Shown: positions 56,558-64,000 of the stretch, piece after piece
How the letters are laid out: each line of letters starts with the position of its first letter
How positions within the stretch are numbered: position 1 is the stretch's first letter
Assembly (NCBI GenBank): GCA_910589555.1
Contig: CAJUTE010000006.1
Coordinates: 32,406 to 96,405 of the forward strand
From: an uncultured Muribaculum sp.
Lineage (GTDB): Bacteria; Bacteroidota; Bacteroidia; Bacteroidales; Muribaculaceae
DNA length: 64,000 nt
Direction: 5' to 3'
Notes under the pieces: generated by a model
What the model was told of the DNA's origin: nothing
Databases searched by the model: none
Seen by the model: only the letters and a program-made list of their open reading frames with translations
Position numbers and translations under genes: made by a program

Positions 56558-56571
56558 TGCTCAAAATAATT

Positions 56572-57963
56572 ATGGAATTTCTTGACCGTACAGATGAGAT
56601 AGCCGAACTAAAAAGAGTGCTTAACACTGCAACTCCGGCAAAATTTGTCGTTGTTTATGGGCGTAGGCGACTTGGGAAGTCTACTCTCATAAAACGCGTG
56701 CTTTCTGCCGACGATATTTACTATATGGCAGGAGATTTGGTCGACAATGTCCAGCTGGAAATGCTTCAGGAGCTCCTTTCGCAGAAGTTTCCGGAGATTG
56801 GGATGGCGAAATTTTCAGGCTGGGAGGAACTGTTGCTTATGCTCAATCGATTGACCGATCAGCAATTCACGTTGTGTCTCGATGAATTTCCCTACATGGT
56901 GAAGCATTCCCCTGAGCTGCCATCTATCCTCCAGCGGATTCTCGATTCAAAGACACTGAAATACAACCTCATCATCTGCGGAAGCTCACAACGAATGATG
57001 CAGGAAATGATTCTCAGCCAAAGCGAACCGCTTTATGGTCGTGCCGATGCCATCCTTGATGTGCGACCTATTCCATTGCCATTTTTACAGAAGGGGCTGC
57101 ATATCGATGCAATTTCAACCATCGAGGAATACAGTGTATGGGGCGGTGTGCCAAGATATTGGGAACTTAGGGAGGAGTATGCCTCCCTTAAAGAAGCTAT
57201 TAGAGGAATGATGCTTGGCACGACAACTGTGTTGTATGACGAGCCGAAGAAACTGTTTCTTGACGATATGAAAGCGACAGTGCAGTCGGAATCATTAATG
57301 GCGGTAATCGCAGGGGGAGCAAACCGCCTTTCCGAAATAGCCTCACGCATGGGACGCGAAGCCACATCACTGTCAGCCCCGCTTGACAAATTGATTCAAA
57401 TGACCTATATCCGCAGGGAGATTCCATTTGGAGACAGTCCGAAAAAATCGAAGAAAGGGATATACCGAATAAACGACCCAATGATGGATTTCTACTACTC
57501 ATTTATCATGCCAAACATATCAAACCTTGCTCGAGGACGCAAAGCTATTGTTATGGAGGAGATAGAGCGAGATTTCACAGGTTACGTTTCGCTGCACTGG
57601 GAACACCTATGCCGTGAGGCTATAAGCGGAAACATGATGTTTGGTCACCGCTGGAGCGAGGCAAGAAGATGGTGGGGAACAGTCCCGGGCGAGGAGAAAG
57701 GATCATTCAGAGAAATGGAGTTTGATGTCATTGCAGAATCCACTGATGGCAACGCCCTGTTGATAGGCGAATGCAAGTGGACAAATCCGGAAATAGCATC
57801 GGAACTGCACCGAAAATTATTAGACAAAGCCAACCGATTACCATTTGCGAAAGGCAAGGAAATAATAACGGTTCTATTCCTTAAGAATAAACCCAAAGAC
57901 GCTCCGGCGCCCATAAACATACTATATCCCGAGGATATCATCCAGGCTATGCTTGGCGATTAA
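56572..57963 (+). CDS. AAA ATPase with a DUF234-type C-terminal PD-(D/E)xK-like module
   Basis: Walker A GRRRLGKST and Walker B LCLDEFP. C-terminal EFDVIAES..LLIGECKW (D..ExK pattern). Start moved to the ATG at 56572. Confidence 0.75.
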   Translation: MEFLDRTDEIAELKRVLNTATPAKFVVVYGRRRLGKSTLIKRVLSADDIYYMAGDLVDNVQLEMLQELLSQKFPEIGMAKFSGWEELLLMLNRLTDQQFTLCLDEFPYMVKHSPELPSILQRILDSKTLKYNLIICGSSQRMMQEMILSQSEPLYGRADAILDVRPIPLPFLQKGLHIDAISTIEEYSVWGGVPRYWELREEYASLKEAIRGMMLGTTTVLYDEPKKLFLDDMKATVQSESLMAVIAGGANRLSEIASRMGREATSLSAPLDKLIQMTYIRREIPFGDSPKKSKKGIYRINDPMMDFYYSFIMPNISNLARGRKAIVMEEIERDFTGYVSLHWEHLCREAISGNMMFGHRWSEARRWWGTVPGEEKGSFREMEFDVIAESTDGNALLIGECKWTNPEIASELHRKLLDKANRLPFAKGKEIITVLFLKNKPKDAPAPINILYPEDIIQAMLGD

Positions 57964-58021
57964 TAAGGTAGTTGCTTAAACCTCTTTATGCCACCTGACA
58001 CTACTGCATAAGCCTCAACAA

Positions 58022-58058
58022 AAAATCCATGAACCGAATATCTCGATCCATGGATTTT
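58022..58058. terminator. Bidirectional terminator
   Basis: Perfect 10-bp stem aaaatccatg/catggatttt between convergent genes. Confidence 0.7.
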
Positions 58059-58104
58059 ATTGTTGTTTTGCCGAGGTCAGAGCCTGACCATGACAATGCG
58101 ATTT

Positions 58105-59556
58105 TTACAGATTGGCGTTGTTTTCGCCTTCCGACTCCATGAGCTTCTCCTCATCGTTCTTCACGATATTGGGAAGTTCAAGTCCGTAATGGTTCTTGGC
58201 ATCGACTATCTTCAGCCATATACCGAAGAGCAACGCCAGCACGCCGAGCGATGCGAAAAGCAGCATCGGGTTGGTGTAATTATAATCCATCGGGTCGGTC
58301 ACGCCGGGATTGGAAGCGGTGAGCACCTGACCGATCAATATCGGGAAGAGAGCCAGACCGATGTTCTGCACCCAGAAGATGAGCGAATAAGCGCTGCCCA
58401 GGAAACGAGCCTCCATGATCTTGGGAACCGAAGGCCACAACGCAGCGGGCACAAGCGAGAACGACACGCCGAGAATGACGATAGCCGAGAACGCAAGAGC
58501 CTCGCTCGGGAACACCGGAAGAAGCAACGCGAAAGTAAGGTGGCACACAATCATCAGGATAGCGCCAAGGATGAGCATCGAAGCGCCCTTACCCTTGCGG
58601 TCAAGATAATAGCCCAGAAGCGGAGTGAGCACCATAGCGCCCATCGGGAACCAACGGAATATGTCGGCGGCGGTTGTTGCCGATATGTGAAGCGTGCATT
58701 GAAGCATATTGGCGGCATAACGCTGGAACGGGAAGATAGCCGAATAATATAGCACACACAGCATGGCAACGATCCAGAACAGTTTGCTGCCGAATATTTT
58801 GCCCACATCGCTCAGCTTGAATTCCTCCTCGGCGGGTTCAGCCGCTGCATCACGGGCATCGCCGAGCTGCTTGTCAAGCTTGGTGTCGAAGAATGTGAAC
58901 ACGATGTAGCAGAGCAAACCCACTATGAGAAGGCAGGTACAGAAACCCACCGGAATAACAACCGTGGGATCATCCTTGCCCATCCAGTCGGCAAGACGCG
59001 GAGAAATCGAGAAGATCGCAAACACGCCAAGACGCGCGATAGCCATCTCAAGACCCATGGCAAGCGCCATCTCCTTGCCCTCAAACCATTTAGCGATAGC
59101 CTTCGACACGGTGATACCCGCCATTTCACAGCCGCAGCCGAAAATCATGAAACCGAATGCGGCAAGCTTGGCGCTTCCAGGCATCTCGACCCACCATGAG
59201 TTGAGCCACTGCTCTAAACCGGTGCCCTGAAACCAGCTACTCACCGCATAGAACTTTATGCAGGCGCCGACCACCATGACCGATGCCGACAAAGTGCCGG
59301 TGAATCTCACCCCCATCTTGTCAAGGATGATACCCGCAAGAATCAGGAATCCGAAAACATTAAGAATATACTCGGCGCCGGCATAATAGCCGAAAGCGTC
59401 AGGCGACCATCCACGCTGAGTCTCTATCAAGGACTGCAACGGCGACATAACATCGACAAACATATAGGCGAAGAACATCATCGATGCCACAAGAATCAAT
59501 GCTGTCCAACGAGCCCATGCTTTATCGTTGATCAGTTGTTTTACTTTTTCTGTCAT
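58105..59556 (-). CDS. MFS transporter
   Basis: About 12 TM helices in a two-halves organisation with a central loop. Confidence 0.8.
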   Translation of the reverse strand: MTEKVKQLINDKAWARWTALILVASMMFFAYMFVDVMSPLQSLIETQRGWSPDAFGYYAGAEYILNVFGFLILAGIILDKMGVRFTGTLSASVMVVGACIKFYAVSSWFQGTGLEQWLNSWWVEMPGSAKLAAFGFMIFGCGCEMAGITVSKAIAKWFEGKEMALAMGLEMAIARLGVFAIFSISPRLADWMGKDDPTVVIPVGFCTCLLIVGLLCYIVFTFFDTKLDKQLGDARDAAAEPAEEEFKLSDVGKIFGSKLFWIVAMLCVLYYSAIFPFQRYAANMLQCTLHISATTAADIFRWFPMGAMVLTPLLGYYLDRKGKGASMLILGAILMIVCHLTFALLLPVFPSEALAFSAIVILGVSFSLVPAALWPSVPKIMEARFLGSAYSLIFWVQNIGLALFPILIGQVLTASNPGVTDPMDYNYTNPMLLFASLGVLALLFGIWLKIVDAKNHYGLELPNIVKNDEEKLMESEGENNANL

Positions 59557-59659
59557 ATCAATTGAACTTTGTGATAATAATTTTCTACAAAATTAAAGAA
59601 AATCACGTTAATGACAGAAATATTCAGTAAATTCGTAACATATTTTTCCTTTTTACGTC

Positions 59660-60793
59660 ATGTACAAACAGCGTCCCTATACATTTGACCGCGTTGTAAG
59701 GCTCGTGATAACCTGCATCGTCATCTGTGCCGCGATATGGCTCATCAGCATTCTGAAAGGTGTTCTGCTCCCATTCTGTGTAGCTTGCCTTGTGGCATAT
59801 CTATTCGAGCCGTTTGTGCAGTTCAACCGCCGGTTGCTGAAACTGAAGGGGCGCGTAATCGCCATATTCGTAACCCTGTTTGAAGCCACATTCCTCTTTG
59901 GCGTGCTGTGCTACATCCTCATCCCGATGATAACTTCCGAGATGCACCACATGGCACATCTGCTGAAAATATATTCCGAAACCGAACTCGACATACCCTT
60001 CCTCCCTGAAAAATTCCACGAGATAATCAAGCGCTACATCGACTTCAACTATCTGGCAGCCCTACTCTCCGACCATGACCAGATGAAACTCGTAGAGGCA
60101 GCGATACAATCGGTGTGGAGTCTTCTCAGCAGCGGAATAGCCATGATAATAGGGCTGTTCAGTTGGCTGATAGTGTTCCTGTATGTCATCTTCATAATGC
60201 TTGACTACGAAAAACTCGCCAAAGGGTTCCGCCGCATGGTGCCCGCTCCCTACCGCAAAACCATTTTCAAAATCGGCAATGACATCCAGCGGTCCATGAA
60301 CCACTATTTCCGCGGACAGGCGTTGGTGGCTCTATGCGTGGGCGTGCTCTTCTGCATCGGCTTCCTCATCATCGATATGCCTCTCGCCATCATCCTCGGG
60401 CTGTTCATCGGAGTGCTAAACATGGTGCCCTACCTGCAACTCATTTCACTCGTTCCGGCGATACTTCTGTGCCTGGTATGCTCTGTCGATTCCGGAGTGG
60501 ATTTTTGGATTATTTTCTGGAAATGCATGGCTGTCTATTGCATCGTTCAGGCGATACAGGACCTCTTTCTCACACCCAAGATCATGGGAAAGGCGATGGG
60601 GCTGAACCCGGCGATAATATTGCTGTCGCTCTCTATATGGGGAACTCTGCTCGGATTCCTCGGGCTCATCATAGCATTGCCGCTCACCACACTGCTGCTC
60701 GCCTATTACGACGAATATCTCATAATCATACAGCAGCGACGGAAACGCGACGAGCCAAAGAGCATCGAAAGCGCCAAACAGCCGGAAAAATAA
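59660..60793 (+). CDS. AI-2E family transporter (PerM-like permease)
   Basis: Polytopic protein with the block NMVPYLQLISLVPA and typical length. Confidence 0.75.
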   Translation: MYKQRPYTFDRVVRLVITCIVICAAIWLISILKGVLLPFCVACLVAYLFEPFVQFNRRLLKLKGRVIAIFVTLFEATFLFGVLCYILIPMITSEMHHMAHLLKIYSETELDIPFLPEKFHEIIKRYIDFNYLAALLSDHDQMKLVEAAIQSVWSLLSSGIAMIIGLFSWLIVFLYVIFIMLDYEKLAKGFRRMVPAPYRKTIFKIGNDIQRSMNHYFRGQALVALCVGVLFCIGFLIIDMPLAIILGLFIGVLNMVPYLQLISLVPAILLCLVCSVDSGVDFWIIFWKCMAVYCIVQAIQDLFLTPKIMGKAMGLNPAIILLSLSIWGTLLGFLGLIIALPLTTLLLAYYDEYLIIIQQRRKRDEPKSIESAKQPEK

Positions 60794-60805
60794 CCGGCGA
60801 CACCA

Positions 60806-61051
60806 TCACGCCTCATCGGCATTGCCGGCAAGCAACCGGCGCGCCTCCTCAAGGTCACGCCGGAATATAAGCAATCTTATCTCACCGAGCGACGTGACCG
60901 TGATAGGATACACGCTCGACATGATCTCATTATTGATTATACACGGGATGCCGTTGGTCTCAAGCACACCTTTGGCTATATACGCGTCGACATCACTGTA
61001 ATATGTGTCAAGCAGGATCAAGTCATCATCCTTTTCCATATCGCGGTTCAT
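60806..61051 (-). CDS. DUF2007-like putative signal-transducing protein
   Basis: 81 aa, ..AYIAKGVLETNGIPCIINNE.. pattern. ATGA overlap with the mltG stop. Confidence 0.55.
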   Translation of the reverse strand: MNRDMEKDDDLILLDTYYSDVDAYIAKGVLETNGIPCIINNEIMSSVYPITVTSLGEIRLLIFRRDLEEARRLLAGNADEA

Positions 61052-62064
61052 TTTATCCCTCTCGCATTAAGAGCCTTATGATATTTACGGGCATTAGCCT
61101 GATGGCTGCTGTAGTCCGAGGCGAAATTATGCCTTCCTGAAAAGTCCTCCTTGGCACACATATATAGATAGTTATGCGGCTTGGAGTTAAGCGTGGCATC
61201 AAGTGTAGCCGCATCGGCTATCCTTATTGGACCCGGAGGAAGCCCCGCATTCAGATAAGTGTTGTAAGGTGAATTCACATTAAGATGCACACCCTTGATG
61301 CGGCGCAGCGAAAAATCGCCCACCGCGAATTTCACAGTAGGGTCAGCCTGCAATTTCATCCCCTTGTGCACACGGTTGAGATAGAGCCGCGCCACAGTGC
61401 CGCGTTCGCCGCGGTTATTAGTCTCCTCCTCGGCTATCGAAGCCACCGTAGCCACCTGCACCGGGGTGAGCCCCATCGACTTTGCCTTGGCTCGCCTCTC
61501 ATCATTCCAGAATCGGTTACGATGCCCGGCAAGAGTGCTGACTATCTTTTCCGGCGAGGCAGTCCAATAAAACTCATACGTGTCAGGAAGAAAAGCCGCC
61601 GGATATTCAGCACGCTTGAACCCCATGCCGGGGAGCAGCGAGTCACACGCCGCAAGAAAAGATGCCGAGTCGCCCTCCACACACGATGCCACGCGTGACG
61701 CAAGCTGATTCATGGTGCGGATATTATTGAACGTGAGCTTGACCGGAGTCTGGGCGCGGTTTTTCAATGTGCGGTAGATTTTCATTGGCGAGCTTCCCGG
61801 CTCGATGCGGTAAGCGCCATGAGCCCGCGAGGCGTCACCGCCAAACAATGACCACAGCACGGCAGCCCGCGAACCGGTCACACCAAGCGAAGACGACAGT
61901 TCTGACTTGACATCCCCGTCGCTTGCTCCGCTCCTCACATAAATCCAGCAAGGCTCGTCGCCTGAATAGCCCGACCAGAGAAACAAACAGCAAGCCACCA
62001 GCAAGGCGGCAATAACAGCCGCCACTGACACCGATATTATCGTGATTGCTTTTTTCGCTTTCAT
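61048..62064 (-). CDS. mltG: Endolytic murein transglycosylase MltG (YceG-like)
   Basis: N-terminal TM anchor and YceG blocks (VASIAEEET, LQADPTVKF, SPYNTYLNAGLPPGPI). Start moved to the ATG at 62064. Confidence 0.85.
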   Translation of the reverse strand: MKAKKAITIISVSVAAVIAALLVACCLFLWSGYSGDEPCWIYVRSGASDGDVKSELSSSLGVTGSRAAVLWSLFGGDASRAHGAYRIEPGSSPMKIYRTLKNRAQTPVKLTFNNIRTMNQLASRVASCVEGDSASFLAACDSLLPGMGFKRAEYPAAFLPDTYEFYWTASPEKIVSTLAGHRNRFWNDERRAKAKSMGLTPVQVATVASIAEEETNNRGERGTVARLYLNRVHKGMKLQADPTVKFAVGDFSLRRIKGVHLNVNSPYNTYLNAGLPPGPIRIADAATLDATLNSKPHNYLYMCAKEDFSGRHNFASDYSSHQANARKYHKALNARGIK

Positions 62065-62153
62065 AACTACCCGTTTTTTACCGAGACAAGCGTCTCGTTT
62101 TCGCGGCAAAGTTAATAAAAACTATCCCCTCACCGCAAGAGATGCAATTATAA

Positions 62154-62185
62154 TTTGTTAATACAGCACAAAACAATTATATTTG
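62154..62185 (+). promoter_or_regulatory. Bacteroidetes-type promoter for fbp (-33 TTTG, -7 TATATTTG)
   Basis: TTTG at 62154-62157 and TATATTTG at 62178-62185, with a 20-nt spacer. About 40 nt before the ATG. Confidence 0.5.
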
Positions 62186-62224
62186 CCCTTGCAATGTATC
62201 GACAAGATAGCACCTTGATAAGAC

Positions 62225-64000
62225 ATGACAGACATTCAATCACTATATATCACTCCTGAAAAGATAGAGGCCGACAGGCGCGTGCTCGAACTGCTTTCAA
62301 GATCATTTCCCGATGTAAGCTCAGCGAGCACCGAAATAATAAACCTGGAAGCGATCCTCAACCTACCTAAAGGCACCGAACATTTCGTTGCCGACCTTCA
62401 TGGAGAACACGAAGCATTCAGGCACATCCTGAAAAACGCATCAGGCAACATAAAACGCAAAGTCAACGAGCTCTACGGAACCGCGCTGCGCGAAGGCGAA
62501 ATCAGGGAACTGTGCTCTCTGATATATTACCCCGAACAGAAACTCGAATACATCGCCGCGTCAGGAGAAAACAATGTGGATTTCTACTCCACTACCCTGC
62601 ACCGCCTGGTGAGAGTGTGTCAGTCAGTATCTTCAAAATACACCCGTTCAAAGGTGCGTAAAGCCTTGCCTAAATCATTTGCTTACATCATCGAGGAGCT
62701 GATGCACGAATCTCCATCCGACGATGACAAGCAGGCTTATTTCAACCGCATCATCGAAACAATCATATCCACCGGACAAGCCGATGCATTCATCGTGGCG
62801 CTGTGCAACGTGATCCAACGCCTCAGCATCGACCAGCTGCACATACTCGGCGACATTTATGACCGCGGTCCGGGAGCCCACATCATAATGGACACGCTGT
62901 GTGACTACGGAAAGTGGGACATACAGTGGGGAAACCATGACGCGCTTTGGATGGGCGCCGCGGCAGGAAACGATGCCTGCATCGCCAATGTGCTGCGACT
63001 GTCACTGCGCTACGGCAACCTTGCCACACTTGAGGACGGATATGGCATAAATCTGGTGCCACTCGCCACATTTGCAATGGAAGAATACGGCGACGACCCG
63101 TGTGAAGGCTTTGAACCGCATCTGAGCGAGGATTCCCAACACTCGGAAAAGACTCAACGGCTCATCGCCAAGATGCACAAAGCCATCAGTATACTGCAAT
63201 TCAAACTCGAAGCGCAGCTCATCGACCGTCGTCCCGAATGGGGAATGGCAGACCGCAAACTGCTCGGCAACATCGACTTCGACCGGAAAGTGTTCACCCT
63301 CGACGGTAAAGACTACGAGATGCGCGACACCAACTTCCCCACCATAAACCCCGACGACCCCTACGCTCTGTCGCCCGAAGAGGAGGAGCTGATCGAGAAG
63401 CTGCACCACTCATTTCAGGTGAGCGACAAACTGAGCAAGCACATAAAGTGTCTGCTTTCCCACGGATGTATGTATGGCGTGTATAACTCCAATCTGCTTT
63501 TCCATGCATCCATGCCGTTGAATGCCGACGGCTCATTGAAGGACGTGGAGATAAACGGCAAAAAATTCAAGGGTAAGTCTCTCATGAAAGAGATAGGCTC
63601 TACCATGAGAGCCGCGTTCAATTTCGACACCACGCCCGAAGAACGCAGTTTCTCTCGCGACTACTACTGGTATCTGTGGTGCGGTCCCGACTCCCCTCTG
63701 TTCGACAAATCCAAGATGGCGACATTCGAGCGCTATTTCCTTGCCGACAAATCCACCCACCACGAAGAGAAAGGCTACTACTACAAGCTTCGCAACAACG
63801 AAGAGGTGTGCGACATGATCCTCGACGAGTTTGAGGTTACAGGTCCTCACCGCCACATAATCAACGGACACGTGCCGGTAAGGCTCAACAAGGGCGAAAC
63901 CCCTATACGAGCCAACGGAAAACTCATGGTGATCGATGGCGGATTTGCCAAGGCTTACCACGAGACCACAGGCATGGCGGGATACACGCTCGTATTCCAC
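62225..64000 (+). CDS. fbp: Class 3 fructose-1,6-bisphosphatase, 5' part (runs off the window end; absent from the supplied ORF track)
   Basis: My own translation from the ATG at 62225 gives MTDIQSLYITPEKIEADRRVLELLSRSFPDVSSASTEIINLEAILNLPKGTEHFVADLHGEHEAF.. and later ..YIIEELMHESPSDDDKQAYFNRIIET. Every stretch I translated was in-frame, the track's minus-strand ORFs tile the region with short gaps and overlaps, and there are 592 codons to nt 64000. Confidence 0.85.
   Translation, partial: MTDIQSLYITPEKIEADRRVLELLSRSFPDVSSASTEIINLEAILNLPKGTEHFVADLHGEHEAFRHILKNASGNIKRKVNELYGTALREGEIRELCSLIYYPEQKLEYIAASGENNVDFYSTTLHRLVRVCQSVSSKYTRSKVRKALPKSFAYIIEELMHESPSDDDKQAYFNRIIETIISTGQADAFIVALCNVIQRLSIDQLHILGDIYDRGPGAHIIMDTLCDYGKWDIQWGNHDALWMGAAAGNDACIANVLRLSLRYGNLATLEDGYGINLVPLATFAMEEYGDDPCEGFEPHLSEDSQHSEKTQRLIAKMHKAISILQFKLEAQLIDRRPEWGMADRKLLGNIDFDRKVFTLDGKDYEMRDTNFPTINPDDPYALSPEEEELIEKLHHSFQVSDKLSKHIKCLLSHGCMYGVYNSNLLFHASMPLNADGSLKDVEINGKKFKGKSLMKEIGSTMRAAFNFDTTPEERSFSRDYYWYLWCGPDSPLFDKSKMATFERYFLADKSTHHEEKGYYYKLRNNEEVCDMILDEFEVTGPHRHIINGHVPVRLNKGETPIRANGKLMVIDGGFAKAYHETTGMAGYTLVFH

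Noticed and set aside
56225-56571. Chromosomal origin of replication (oriC) next to dnaN
   Set aside because: There are only two imperfect DnaA-box-like 9-mers, no dnaA gene adjacent, and no clear AT-rich 13-mer DUE array. Gene orientation does not switch cleanly here. I kept it as a regulatory-site observation only.
62675-64000. Minus-strand ORFs (87, 64, 135, 80, 72 and 155 aa) at the right end
   Set aside because: All are antisense to the class 3 FBPase reading frame. None has motifs.

Overview
The window looks like a mostly core chromosomal segment of a Bacteroidales (Bacteroidota) genome. This is inferred from SusC/SusD-type genes, a T9SS C-terminal sorting domain, -33/-7 promoter motifs of the TTTG / TAnnTTTG type, and a Na+-pumping methylmalonyl-CoA decarboxylase operon. 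PPi-dependent PFK and class 3 FBPase also fit.

Recognisable content, in order:
- GH95 3' fragment, M48 peptidase, SulP permease, His-rich COG0523 GTPase, S41 peptidase, parC.
- A SusC/SusD locus led by a T9SS-tagged LamG protein.
- mce-mmdA-(LTD/OadG)-BCCP-mmdB operon, then dnaK.
- A Crp / outer-membrane-protein / LytTR two-component cluster.
- nrnA, a lipoprotein gene and glmM; then a PPTase, pfp and a GH106-like hydrolase.
- rlmB, then the recN-DUF4835-coaBC-exonuclease-dnaN block.
- MFS and AI-2E transporters, mltG, and a 5' fbp fragment that runs off the right edge and is missing from the ORF track.

I saw no rRNA, tRNA, CRISPR array, integrase or transposase.

The strongest candidate for something undescribed is an AT-rich two-gene island at about 4.5-6.8 kb. 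It encodes a minimal stand-alone retropepsin-like aspartic protease and a 475-aa orphan protein, with its own terminator.

Secondary curiosities:
- A repeat-flanked four-helix-bundle (Avd/IVS-protein-like) gene inserted antisense into the PUL.
- An 81-aa lipoprotein ending in HHHHH-DDDDDDDDDD.
- Two orphan AAA-ATPase/nuclease-like genes in low-GC pockets.
- A twice-repeated 27-bp palindromic site between dnaN and one of those ATPases.

All functional calls rest on motif recognition by eye. No database search was run.
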